The translations under genes and the position numbers were made by a program. A stretch of 64,000 nucleotides of DNA, from positions 1,116,001 to 1,180,000 of the forward strand of contig NW_025964374.1 of assembly GCF_023055435.1 (NCBI RefSeq), read 5' to 3'. Shown here piece after piece: positions 12,236 through 25,244 of this stretch. The notes beneath the pieces were generated by a model that saw only the letters and a list, made by a program, of their open reading frames with translations, ran no database searches and was not told where the DNA came from. The DNA comes from Haliotis rufescens. Lineage: Eukaryota. The first letter of the stretch is position 1; every line of letters begins with the position of its first letter.

Positions 12236-13472
12236 TGTATCACGTTTCAGCTTCTTATTAATATTGGGGTGAAAAAAATGTTGCCACCTTGGTGAAGATC
12301 ATTAGAACAGGTAAGGTGCTGTCAAACCCCCAAATCAAGATTAGAGCAATTCAAATTGACCCTATGACCGGCAGATCTTGGCTCAGCTAAGGGAGGCAAT
12401 GTTGCATGATGAATTATTGTACCTTAAACCACTGCACCATCTACATCCCAAATAAATATGTGCAAGACAGATTGTATTACAGCTGGCATACATCTTTAAT
12501 TCAGATCCCCAAATCTCTTTACCTGCGTAGAAAAATATTCTTTGTCTGACCTTAAAAAAGTCACCTTGTATCAGAAAAAACATAATTACTTACCTCTATA
12601 TAGACATTTGCAGGAACCCTATCGGGGACATGTAAATATTTGATGCAATTATCAACATGACCTTTCACGTCAGGCATGTTCTGTGATAAGGTGCTCAATT
12701 ATTTATATTAATATGAAATGAAGACGAACCAGACTTTGTGGAAGAATAACCAATGCTTCATCAACAGCAGCAGAAATGGTTATTAGAAAAAAACATTTAG
12801 GTGTATCACCTCTAAAAGATCATTGTGAAATTTTGACTTGCATTAAATGAATAACATTGATAATAAGAATTATTAACATTTGAAGTATAAAAATATCATA
12901 TGTTTGAGGAGATGAATATAAAACTTCTTTCATCTTTAATATTGTCTGAACAAACAAACAGTGGCCGATGCAATACACGCAAAAATAAACATGAGGGTGA
13001 GAACAACCCATCTCTGAAAACACCTGTAGAGAAATATACATCTTCCTTACAACTAATAACATATACCGGAGGGCTATTCTACATCTCTTACTACTGCGAT
13101 ACATGAAAGTGATATTTCCCTAACACTAACCTTTAGATGTTTTGTACGATCTTTGTTAATGAAATCCATGGTTAATATACAGCTGATATACTTTCAAGGA
13201 CATATCTTAATTAACAGTTGTCAGGATGGAAAAAGCATAAATCAAGTAACATTTTCTTGGGCGGAGTGCAGGCTATTTTCTCCAAAACATACAGCTGTAT
13301 AGAGAGGAGTGCTCATGATACATGCATACAGTGAGTTTTTTTTTCCCCATTGCAAAGACATTACCATGAGCATGTTATATCGGTAATACTGAAGAATGCA
13401 ACTAATCAATGTTTTGAAGTCACATAGACACTACTCATTTCTATGATGTAAAAAAAAAAGATCATCAGTCCT

Positions 13473-13536
13473 GTGAGTGAGTGAGTGAGTGAGTGAGTGA
13501 GTGAGTGAGTGAGTGAGTGAGTGAGTGAGTGAGTGA
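13473..13536. repeat. (GAGT)n microsatellite
   Basis: About 15 units seen directly. Confidence 0.95.
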
Positions 13537-15972
13537 GAGTCAGGAGTACACAAGATTGTCCAACACTGGTGCTGACGTTCACTATTTCCTATCACCCTAC
13601 CTGTAAAGTGCACCTGTGTTCATACACTACTTAAGGACACCACTTTGCTCGCCCCTCACATGTAATAAATTCTGCTTCATGTCATTCACATGTGTCTTAT
13701 TCCAAGGACTGCATTTAGCTTCAAGCTTCACACTCTGGAGACAAATTGAACTTATTCAAAACAGTATCAGAGCTGCATACAGATTTATAAGAACATTCAC
13801 ATAATTCCTCCCAAAATATGACTGTCCGTCAACCACTCATTCACAAAGTAGCTGCGATTATCATCCTCATTGAACCGATCCCGGTATTTATCATGGCTAT
13901 TCAACACCTCAGGGACACCTATTGAACCGTATTCACACCGGACTGGAATGACACAAGTGCCTATTCTCACACCATCAATATAATATCATAACCATAATAC
14001 ATGTCTATCTCGCCTGGGCCGGTCTTGTGACACACACTGGAGTGTGTATGTAAGAAATTTGTGACCTGCTCACAAATCAAGAAAATGTATTCAGCAACAT
14101 TGGCAGTTCTCTGTTATAAAACTGAATAGAACTGGCAATGATACACAGTAGGATTGTCCACTACAGTGAAGAAGAAATCTACTGACACTAACCCTATAAG
14201 AGGGAGTAAGTATATGGGTTTAATGCCAGTTAGTTATATTACACTTATATCCCAGTGGGCTGTGATTGGGCCTGGAGCACACAAACCAATGGGTGATAGT
14301 GTGAGCATTGTGTTACAGTCTATCCCAAAACCTATAAGTTTACTTGACTGAACATGCTGAACTCACACCTTAGCATTATTTTAAGTAGACTCTACTCTAA
14401 CATATGGGCTAGCATCAGCTTGTCTTAATTACTTAACTGAAATTCATTTTGCAAGACTTTGCTTCGGTCTTGTGGCTAAAGTCGCAGCACCCACTTACAC
14501 ACTAATTCTCAGACACACAAAGCTATGCTACTCTGACCGAACATTATACAACCCTGGAACAGTGCTAACGGGCTGCTTATAGTTCTAATTCCCTCAAGAT
14601 GTTAAGACCCCTCAACAATAACACTGATGTTAGTTGTACTTCCACCTGTTGGTACTAAGACCAGTATAGTGTAACGGCAAACCGAACCCTGGAGTATGTT
14701 TGGCTTATAGCAGTTACCCTCAAGGGTTTTCGTCCAATTACAGAACCAACCTACTTGAGTTAAACACTAACAACACCCTCATCGTGAAAGGGCGGCAATA
14801 ATCACATCCCAAGTTATTCCTGGCTTCTGCTATTGACCATTTAGTATCTGGCTCCAACCAATGTTGGCATCAATGGTAAAAATCCCATAGACTTGGAGGG
14901 TATCAGTGACAATGATTGTCATACCATGGTAATTCTTTAAACACTGTTTAATCTATCTATCTTCAAAGAACAAACCTGTCCAATAAAACAAGTCCATTAT
15001 TATTTCATGATTAAGATAATACCGTATGACTCCTTTGCCTTTTTACATTATTCTTGCATTGCTTATCTTGACTATAGGGATTATGCTTCAGCACCAAGCT
15101 GCACATAACACCTTCACATTCTTAACAAATCCTACACTGTTGAAACAAAAGGACAAAACCTGCCAAGTAACTGTCACATCTCTCCAAAAATCTCCTTTCG
15201 AAATCAATGAACCCTCATCTCTCACCTCTGAGACTGCAGACATAAAAACACACGACAGGATGGCAGAGAAACAAGATGGCCGCCCAGCATCTTCTCCAGC
15301 CCAAATGGCAGCACTTCAAAGGTGGTGTGAAGTATAATATCCTTATTTACGATGTTGACATCTGTAGGTGTCAGTAATAAAGTCACCAGTTGTCAGCTCT
15401 GTCAGTGTTTGATATGCACAACCAGTAAATAATAAAACCCTAGTATGTGTCAGCTAAAGACATCATAAACAAAATGGCGGACATCTTGATCCCACATAGC
15501 CAGACACTGATGAGGACATTTAAGCCTAATGAATTATTGTCTCCACTAAGTATTTCTTCTCTCTTAAAATCTATCCTAAATACACAGTGTAAGCAGTCAG
15601 TTGGATTATTATTTATCCTATTCCTTGTGTTCCTTAGCGTATGATTTGCAAAATCTAATTCTCACAAATATTATGGGAGTACAACATTTTATTATGATTA
15701 ATATTTGTTTGTTTCCGCCACTGTTTGGTCACCGTGACAACATATTAATGAAAATTAATTCATGCTACAGACAATCCTCTTTACAAGGCTTATCAGCAAA
15801 CAGATCATGGGCAAGTTTGTCAACCTCATCAATCATCCTGTTTTCCTCATAATTTCTACAAAGGAAAATGAATGAATGAATGAATCATGTTTAAACACAA
15901 GCCTGACAGTGGTTGACTCTCATGCACAGAAACAAGATGGAGTAACAGGTTCTTTAAAACATGTACATTTCA

Positions 15973-16212
15973 ACCCCTGTGAAAATCCGGGTTAGAATTG
16001 TTCTTCAACAACCCATGCTTGGCACAAGAGGTGACTAACATGCTCGGTGGTCAGCCTCGCTGACTTGGTTGATTCTTGTCATCATATCCCAGTTACATGG
16101 ATTGATGGTCATGATGTCAATCACTGGATTGTCTGGTCCAGACTTGATTATTTAGAGACGTCATATAGCTTGAATATTGCTGAGTGCAGCAGTAAACAAC
16201 AAACAAACAAAA
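15973..16212 (+). mobile_element. SINE family B, near full length, decayed
   Basis: Head CCCTGTGAAAATCCGGGTTAGAAT..., family B body, and (AAAC)n tail. Confidence 0.85.
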
Positions 16213-16528
16213 TTAAATGGCATTTTGTGCCCCAACAATAGAAAGTTGATATCTAAACTACATAAAGTTAGATGTAAAAATGTTTGGTTAACTTGTGATA
16301 GGTCCATGTAGCCAAACAATGAAAAAATACAATTTGGCAAAAAGTGAAAAACACCTTCTTAGGTGAAATTGATGTTAGGGCTAAACAACATAATAAATTC
16401 CTGTTAAACTCAAATCACTGATTTTTTTTCAAATTGGTTATGAACAGTACTGTTTTAGTCAGTGACAATCTCTTGTTTCCAGCTTTGAGACCAAGCAATT
16501 CCTATGATTCACTCTATGCCTAGGGGTG

Positions 16529-16696
16529 GAGTGAGTGAGTGAGTATGGTTCTACGCCGCTTTTAGCAATATTCCAGCAATATCACGGCGGGGGACACCAG
16601 AAATGGGCTTGACACATTGTACCCATGTCGGGAATCGAACCCGGGTCTTCGGCGTGACGAGCGAACGCTTTAACCAGTAGGCTACCCGACCGCCCC
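16529..16696 (-). mobile_element. SINE family A, full length, young
   Basis: TSD CCTAGGGGTGGAG (16519-16531, 16696-16708). Near-consensus body. Confidence 0.95.
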
Positions 16697-17193
16697 CTAG
16701 GGGTGGAGACTGATGGTATTGTTATTGGTACAACTTATACCGTACATGATGTATAGTGACACGGACATTAGTAGATACCATCTCTTGTCTGGAGCCCACC
16801 GTCATGTATTCGTAAACACACAATATATTTCATATTTCGCCCATTGGCGCTAGGGTATACCATGATTGTATCTGATGTTTATTGCAGAAATAGTGGCCCA
16901 TCTGACACTGCGTCTACAGGTACAGACACATGTGTTTGTAGAAGTGGTAAAGTTGGTATGTTTCCGAAGCGGTATGCTCCATAGTAAACGTATACATGGC
17001 TGTTGGGGCTGATATCTAAGGCATCGGTGCCTGGAATGGTTTCGGTAAATGTATCACAGCAGAAGTTGAGATAATGGGTTCCATTTGGGGAAATGGAATG
17101 AAATTTAACAGGCCTTAGGGTCATGTTGTCTAGTGTGCAATAAGAAAGTACAGGTATGTATCCTGCAGTAGAGATAACAACCTCACAATTCTA

Positions 17194-17219
17194 TCATCAT
17201 CATCATCATCATCATCATC
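17194..17219. repeat. (CAT)n microsatellite
   Basis: About 8 units. Confidence 0.9.
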
Positions 17220-18680
17220 TAAAGAAGGACTTTATTGTTAAAATAGTGCAAACCAGTTTCACATCAAGACAAGACCAATTTGCTTCACATGTTTTACAAA
17301 GGAAACTTTCTTCCCAAACTTTGAAAAGTAAATAGTTTGATAAAATGCTTAAATTGCTTAAAGAAATACATTTGTGAAAATATATATTTGTTTTATATTT
17401 AAAGAAATTGGGTTTTTTGAAACCCCAAAAAATTGCTTAAAGAAAAACCTTTTTCTTCTGGCCTAAAACTCAATCAGCAGTTCAAGAGAATTTCTTTCAT
17501 CTTAATTTCCAGGAATACAGGAAATAAATCGAGCACACAAAGCACATTTGATGTATTATTTCAAGTTCTTGATACACGCTCATCTCCTCTGAAACTGAAG
17601 CTGTCTCCCTCATCCAGTTGAGCACATAGAAAATGACAGTGTTAAAAGCAAGCATGCAAATAATATCAAATATCCACATGCAAACTTCGTCTGTTTAATG
17701 TAAAGCCAGAACGAGACACTGTGGCTGTTGGCCATCTTTGATGTATACGGCCAATATTACCTAAACAGGTAATTGCGGATTAACATTTAAACAGCATTAC
17801 GATAATAATTGAACACACAATGCAGAACCTGCAAGACTATACGACTTGCACATTTCATGAACTGTGAATGGTTCGGAAAGCTACCGTTGTTTATTTAAGC
17901 TCCATAAAAGATTAATGGGGATCGGACATATTTGGATATCACTTACGAAACCCGATACCATGAACACACCAATTTTCCCATATTTACATTTACTCAACAA
18001 ATATGACCTAAGACCATATTTGATAATGGCTTAAAAGACATATGACAAGAAAAAAATCAATCTTGGGTAATTGGATGCTTGGGACATTCCAAGCCATGTC
18101 AAAGATGAATTCTGTGCAAATAATACTGGATTTAAGTTGGGTAAGATACTCGCTCAATTTCAACAAAAATATTGTTTTTCTTTCTTTTCAACAACAGTAG
18201 GTCATCGTGGCTTGTTTGGTCAGGTAGGGCATATCTAAGATAACATTTACTTTCACAACAAAATTGCATTATTCCTGTGTGTTTTAACTTATTTTCCCAT
18301 TACGACCAGTTTCATCTACAGCCGATAGGTTTTGTTGACATATTTTCATGGCAATTATTGGATTTAAGGTGTTGAATTTCTTCCTAGCAAGGAGTGCTGA
18401 ATGAAATTCCTATCTGCATGTATCAATGTTGCAGTTTACAGGTTTCAAATTAAATTTCTGAGGAAAGTATTTCTTAGGAGTAGTGCTCACAAACGCTGAC
18501 AACTTTTCTCCAGGTTTAATGACTATAATGAGGAATATATGAAGAAATGAATTGGTGTTGTATGTGTGTTTGTTATTGAACACTGTATTCAGAAAATATC
18601 CAGCTTTATCAAATCCGCTGTTAAATTGGCTCGACCAGACAATCAAGTGATTGATGTTACGAGCAATGTCCCATGGTTGC

Positions 18681-19398
18681 CCACATAAGAGGGTTACAGT
18701 GTATCATTTTTCTTCGGGATGTATAGTGTTTCTCACAGATTCCACATTAAGAGGGTTATCAACTTGCTTTGGGTGCACAGTCTTTCTCACAAGATCCACA
18801 TAAAGAAGGTAACAGTGTATCAACTTGTTTTGGGCAGGGTTTTACCTTGACAAAAGAGGGGGTCCAGGGGACCCCCAATGATTAATTTGAAGGGTCCTTG
18901 CAGTCAATATGAGGGTCCTGCAAAGTACTGTAATATGTATTGTACTGTACGTTTAGATAATTTGTAATGAATGAATGATCATGTGGACAGTGGTCATGAT
19001 TGATGGATGAATTGATAGACACCCATAAATGCTCTTGATACGCTGTAGGTACAATGAATACTGTAGGTCACTCGGGATGCAGTATATATTTTTCTGCATC
19101 CATTCTCTACATTGTGCGTACTGGATGCACATTTGTGCCTCACGTAAAAACCTGTTTGGGGTGCACAGTCTTTCTCACAGGGGTCCACATTAAGTGGGTT
19201 TAAGTGTATCAACTTTGTTTTGGGTTGCAGTCTTTCTTAAAGGGCTCCATATTAAGACGGTTAAAGTGTATCAACTTGGTTTTGGGGTGCAGTCTTTCTT
19301 ACATGGGTCCACATTAAGAAGGTTACAGTATATCAACTTGGTTTTGGGGTGGTCTTTCTTACAGGGATCCACATTAAGAAGGTTACAGTATATCAACT
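18681..19398. repeat. Minisatellite of about 58-60 bp, interrupted by a MITE
   Basis: Unit CCACATTAAGAAGGTTACAGTRTATCAACTTGGTTTTGGGGTGCAGTCTTTCTTACAGGGT, present at 18681-18834 and 19155-19398. Confidence 0.85.
18835..19154. mobile_element. CAGG-ended MITE (hAT/P-like)
   Basis: TIR CAGGGTTTTAC / GTAAAAACCTG (10 of 11 match). TTTGGG duplicated on both sides. Confidence 0.65.
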
Positions 19399-21658
19399 GA
19401 CTTCACAGTGTACACCAGCGAACCCCCCACCTATTTTCCCAAACCCTTCACTCAGACTTTGCTGTTAACTTTAACAACAAAATAATTACATTTTATACAG
19501 TTGCAGCAAGTAGCTGCTAGTATAATCCTACCGAAACCTCAGGTGTTGCTTGGAAATCCCAAATCCCTTGAAGCAGCCAGCGGCTTTAAAACACATTATG
19601 CATTGTGTTTGCAAATACCTGGAGTTTGTAGAACTGAGAGTCTATCAGTTACCTTGCCGGGGCCTGCTGATAGCAGTCATAGGCTTGACACCTTCACTGT
19701 CAGCTCTCTGACAAAGGGACTCGAAATTGGTGAAATCCTGCTTAGAATATGTCTCCAGTAACAAAGTTGTTGTAATAGCTCCTTGGAAGACTCTCAAGTC
19801 ATATGTGTCATTTTTTTAATTTTAGAATACAATTTCATACATCTGTATGGCAGTCAAATAAAAAAAATTGAAATTTTTCACATTCAGCCTTTTATTTTTT
19901 ATTTATTGGGTTACACTTTTCAGGGCCTAAAATTCACTGTAGGGGGGTGAAATATATTTTATTAATTTTTTTCAACTTCCACATTGGTACTGCTACTAAT
20001 AAACGAAAACAAAACATGTTGTAACATGCAAGATACCGAACGATAATTAATTTCTTTCTGTTAGAATAAAGATTTTTGTATGCATTATTCACCATTTTTT
20101 ATGAACAGTGGTGATAAAATCTTGTGTTTTATTCATGTGTCACCTAACTTTAAAACAGAGCTGGCCAAAAGTGTTTTTGTGAGCGATGAATTTCACATCT
20201 GAAATCTTTGTATATTCTACAAGGTAGACAAGGCCCTAGGCAACAAAAGGGAAAAAAAATCAGCAGACGACAATGTAACTTCTAAACAAGAACACCTTTC
20301 CTTGCAATTATACAGAGATGTCCCTGGCTGAACGTTGAGCAAAACTCGCCAGCAGACAAACACAGTCGGATATAGAGAAGACAAGACAAGATAGCAGTGA
20401 CCTGTGGATTGACCTGAATACAAATTTCTACCTGATCCTGCTTCTGTGTCACCCGACGAGATACAAACATACAATTGCAAGCGTTATATACAGTCACATT
20501 TGGCAGGCTTGATACTGCTCAAATTGTCCCTTCTACCACACAAGAAAATATGCCTTACCCCTAAGTATTGTCTATTACAATGAGGAGGTGTGGGTGAACG
20601 TTCTGTTGCAACAGAATAGCATTACATGGCTGAATTTTTGTTCCCCATGCCGTGAATATCTTGAAATCAATGACCATCAGATATGGACCATTTGAAGGCT
20701 TTAAACCTGGCTCAAGTTGAGTACTCGTGCGTTAAAAGATTTGTAAATGATTAAGATATCAGAATATTCCATCGTGTAGATAGGATTGAGGGAAAGATAG
20801 GACAAGAACTGGAGAAGCTCGGTCATAGGGTTACATATTTCTTGACACAGTTTCAATGAAGTCCATTGACAATTATGTTTTTGTCCACAAATCGTATCTC
20901 TAACAACTCGAATTTGGGTCTATTCATAACCGGCTCCTTCTAGTCATGAATGACCTTGAGATAAACATGATATATTGACTCAATGAATTCATTCAACTAA
21001 ACATATCACAACGGAGTGAGTACATTTTTCCGCAGTACACCTGGCCCATTGATAGTACATCATACAATTAACACTCTGTTCAAGCTGTTTGTAACACCTC
21101 ATTCATTTAATATACGGTTAAGCCACTCTTATTCACCTAAAAGCCAGCCTATCTGGAAAATATTTACCTTTTTGTTACAGTCTAACTGATATAATCACAT
21201 TATTAAAGTTGCTACTTATAGGAATGCCTGAGGGAAATCTAAACACCAGAAATGTCTAATTGGCTAATTGAAGCCTGACAGCCAAATGTTTAGAAGATTA
21301 CACTGAGAGGCCTAAGGGTTTGTATAAAGTCAACTGTGACAGAAATTCTCAAATAAGTTAGACATACATAAGACTTTCAACAATCAATGATAATTCACAT
21401 CTGCGCTTGTAAATATTGAAAAATCCAAAAGTAGAAATAGGTTGGTTTCAGGAAAGTAATCTCTTTAGGCAACCGACACAGTTTGCTCTCACTGCCCATT
21501 GTCCAGTGTATTGACCCATTTGGTTAACAGTATCAAGCTTTACAATTCTCACAACCTCTCAACCACAAAAACTAATCGGCCTCTACAGTAAGACATGGCT
21601 TTGTGAGGAGGCTTCGAGTTTGACACTCGGAAGAGGGTATGCCAGCTGAATACTAAAC

Positions 21659-21674
21659 CAGCGCCACCTGGTGG
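21659..21674 (-). promoter_or_regulatory. CTCF-like core motif
   Basis: Minus strand CCACCAGGTGGCGCTG closely matches the bilaterian CTCF consensus. Motif match only. Confidence 0.4.
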
Positions 21675-22548
21675 AGGTAAAGGGCCAACGAAGGTGTGAG
21701 AAACGGTGGTCGCGTTGAAAGGATTTGAAAGACTGTGGAAGGCTCGGAAGGCTTACAAGTGGTCAATATTCAAACTGTAAGCTAGAACTGTTCCTCCCAG
21801 AGGATACTATGACCTACTCAGTTGACGGTTTGAGTGGTTACATATCAAAGGAGGTAATTATAGGCGGGGAAAACGATCTTGTTCAACACAAGTACAAAAT
21901 TCATTCTTACTGGACACAATGTAGTACTGTAACCATATGGGAATAAGTATTCAGCCGATTGATGAAAATTGTGAAGACTTTTCACATATTTACGAAATGT
22001 GATAAAAATATTATCATTCACCCGAATCGGGTATAAAAATAAACAAAATCCCATTAAGATGTATATACGTGGAAGATATACATATATACATAAGTATATG
22101 AGTGTGCGCTAAGGATTTCACTGAATGATAGTCAGTTGGTGGGAGGGTAAGAGACTGTTCTTTACAATACTCGGTTTGTTCATAAATATTTTGTGTTTGA
22201 GTAGAACATATTTGTGAAGCATTTTTCAATATGGTCTGGTGGCTTGAAGCCATATCCAAATAATGACTGGCTTTCTTTACAAGGCACTGCTGTACCAGTA
22301 GAACAAGGCTATATTTGTCATGTGTGCCCAAATAATCCCACAATACAATAATCTGGAAAAAAGTATGTCATATTAATGATCTGACATAATGCTCAATATT
22401 GTTGTGTGTATTCAATATTTACCAACACAATTACAGAATGTCTTTAAATATTTAAACAACCATCAAAATTATTAATTAAAGACAAAAAAGTGTTCCAGTG
22501 GAGAAGACTGTGCTATTACATTATATTTTTCCTCAGTTTTCTGGGTAA

Positions 22549-22830
22549 TGAGTGAGTGAGTGAGTTGGGTTTAACGCCGCTTTTAACAGTATTCCAGTTA
22601 TATCGCGGCGTGTCAGCTTAATGTGGGAGGAAAGCGCCAAGTGATGCAGATCTCAGACGTTTACCACTTCGGTGAAACCCACGAGAATGGGTATGGTGCT
22701 GACAAACCTAGAAACATAATCGGGGCGAAGCAGGATTCGAACCCACAATCATAGGTTTCTGGCGTGCCAAAGGGACGCAACTCTGCACAGCGAATCACAG
22801 CACCTTAGACGACTGGGCAAACCGTGCCCG
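22549..22830 (-). mobile_element. SINE family C, full length
   Basis: 13-bp TSD TTCTGGGTAATGA (22539-22551, 22832-22844). Confidence 0.93.
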
Positions 22831-22853
22831 CTTCTGGGTAATGAACATAAGAA

Positions 22854-22954
22854 ACCAGAAATGGGCTTCACACATTGTACCCATGTCGGGATTCGAACCC
22901 GGGTCTTCGGCGTGACGAGCGAACGCTTTAACCACTAGGCTACCTGACCGCCCC
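22854..22954 (-). mobile_element. SINE family A, 5' half only
   Basis: tRNA head through CCCATTTCTGG. Tail missing. Confidence 0.9.
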
Positions 22955-23261
22955 TCCACTTAGTCTAGTCAATGAGGAGTACCATCATTGTGACCTCAGC
23001 ACAATTTAGTTGTCTCTGGCTAGCGGGCTAGCAGGCATTTCAAAGGTTAGTTGTTTGACACTTGGATATACTGATGGACTTCACGTTAATTGCATGAACA
23101 TTGGACTTCTAGTGTTGGAAGATGCTTGCAACCTCCAAATTCGCTGAAGCTGCAACATTGGTTTTTGAATTTTTCTACGGATTAGACTTGATGTGATCTG
23201 GATAATGTATTGAAACGACACACACAATGTTGAGCTCTATGGTAGAAGTGTCTGTACTCAC

Positions 23262-23333
23262 AGCCTCAGGAGGTTGGGCATGTTTGCAAACAGGTTATCC
23301 GGGGTAGACACAAGCAGGTTCCGGTCCAGGCGC
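23262..23333 (-). CDS. slit: Slit coding exon (likely exon 4), RLDRNLLVSTPDNLFANMPNLLR(L)
   Basis: 72-nt exon with acceptor tctgtgtttcAG and donor GTgagt, in frame (CT+G=Leu). Matches recalled Slit LRR3 ([24 protein letters not shown]). The preceding intron is 26,872 bp. Confidence 0.9.
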
Positions 23334-23574
23334 CTGAAACACAGAATCACAGATAGAATATAGAGACGTGTCACAAAATCACAGATACATGATACAGAGA
23401 CATCAAACACAAATTAGAAGTTGAACATTGGTGTAACCATAGCAATACTTTCAAACTCAGGCGACAGTAACAATGTCATAGTGAAACCATATAAGTCTGG
23501 AAACCCGGCAGAGTCTCCGTGGAGACACTGCCGTCTGGAAGATATGGTTGGAGCATATATTATATGCTTGTGTG

Positions 23575-24029
23575 TATTTTTGTTTAACGCTGCACTCAGC
23601 AATATTCTAGCTACATGACGGCGGCCAATAAATAAACGAGTTTGGACAATCCAGTGATTGGCATCGTGAGCAACGACCCACGCCATTGGGGTGCAATGAC
23701 ATACAATCAACCAAGTCACCTTGTAGACCACCTGATCATCACCTCTTACAACCAGCATAGGGTGATGGGGACCAATTCTAACATCCTCACAAGGATATAT
23801 ATATATAATATGTAAAAAAAGAGTATTATTACTCTTTGACAACGATTTGTTAATACAGACATCACAGGCTCGCTGACTTAGTTGATGCATGTCATCGTAT
23901 CCCAATTGCATGGATCGATGCTCATGATATCAATCACTGGATTGTCTTGTCCAGGCTCGATTATTTACAGACTGCCGTCATATAGCTGGAATATTGCTGA
24001 GTGCGGCGTTTAACAACAAACAAACAAAC
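23575..24029. mobile_element. Head-to-head pair of SINE family B copies
   Basis: Decayed minus copy at about 23575-23795 and plus copy at about 23865-24029 with (AAAC)n tail. Confidence 0.82.
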
Positions 24030-24043
24030 ATCAGTGGGAACAG

Positions 24044-24205
24044 TGGGCGGTTGGGTAGCCTAGTGGTTAAAGCGTTTGCTCGTCACGCCGAAGACCCGGG
24101 TTCGATTCCCGACATGGGTACAATGTCTGAAGCCCATTTCTGGTGTCCCCCGCCGTGATATTGCTGGAATATTGCTAAAAGCGGTGTAAAACCATACTCA
24201 CTCAC
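24044..24205 (+). mobile_element. SINE family A, full length
   Basis: 13-bp TSD TCAGTGGGAACAG (24031-24043, 24206-24218). Confidence 0.95.
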
Positions 24206-24430
24206 TCAGTGGGAACAGCATAGTCTGGATAAACAGGGTGTCACTGTACCATATTTTCTTGTGTATAATGTGCAACCTCCAAAATTTGGAATATGTTTCA
24301 TTGGTGAAATCTTTTGGAGGAAGCAAAGAGAATTTGGTCACTCTGAGGCACAAATAATTAATTTGTTGCACTAACTGTTTTCAATGTAAAACTTGTGGGT
24401 TAATACATCAGAGACAAGGAACATGTTTTA

Positions 24431-24580
24431 CTGGTAGAGCAGGCAGGCTTACCCTTGCCTGCATTTCAGTGATCCATTCATATAATTTTCATCATTTAGC
24501 ATCTTTTACGCCCAATGGAATATATTTTCGGCAGATAATCAGGACTGATTACTCCCTGGCAGTGATGTTTTATATTTACT
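24431..24580 (+). repeat. Dispersed repeat family D
   Basis: GGTAGAGCAGG..CTTACCC..TTCAGTGATCCAT..GGCAGATAATC, shared with the copies at 30265-30630, 34168-34350, 55605-55708 and 61290-61730. Confidence 0.75.
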
Positions 24581-25244
24581 GAGACAAGCCTGCATGTACA
24601 AGGAATGCATGTACAAGGAACGTAGGTACGAGGAACGTAAGTACAAGGAACGCATGTCTGAGGAACCCACGTGAAGCTCTGTATATTGTTGTAGCATTCG
24701 GGAATCAAAGCTTCATAAATATTGTGGAACATCCATCTTCTACACAGGACATTTAGTTCTGTAATGCTGAACTTTTGGCCAGCTTTGAAGTTGTCTTACA
24801 CAAGGAAATCAGAGTGGGGGGTAATAATGTTGTTTAGGGATGGAACCGTGATAACAACACTCTGTTGTCAAGTTCATAGTTTCTGGGACGAAAAGAACAT
24901 TGACGATGCAAGAAAAGCCACAAAAGAGTTCTTTCCGTACATGTCATTAGGAGACTGGGAAAACTGAATATAAACTATACGATGCATGTTTAGTCTGTTG
25001 GAGATTTCTATTGTTAGAATCAGAACATGCCTCATGATTTCTACACTAGCTGATAAAGGGCACATGTTTCTTTGAATAACATTTGTTTTCTGTGCAGTTC
25101 GTAAGTTGTTGTAAGGCTAAATGTGTTGTGAAAAAAATATGATATCTGTTAAAAGTGGTGGTCGTAACACATACAAAGAAATGTCTTGTATGATAAACCT
25201 TATTTCATTATCTGTAGATGAAAGCGACAACACCTATTCCATAA

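Noticed and set aside
19653-19737. Exon-like 85-nt minus-strand segment (AG...AAG|GTAACT)
   Set aside because: Weak pyrimidine tract and no recognisable peptide. Not LRR-like.
19921-20201. Possible CAGGG-ended MITE
   Set aside because: The right end is too degenerate and no TSD was found.
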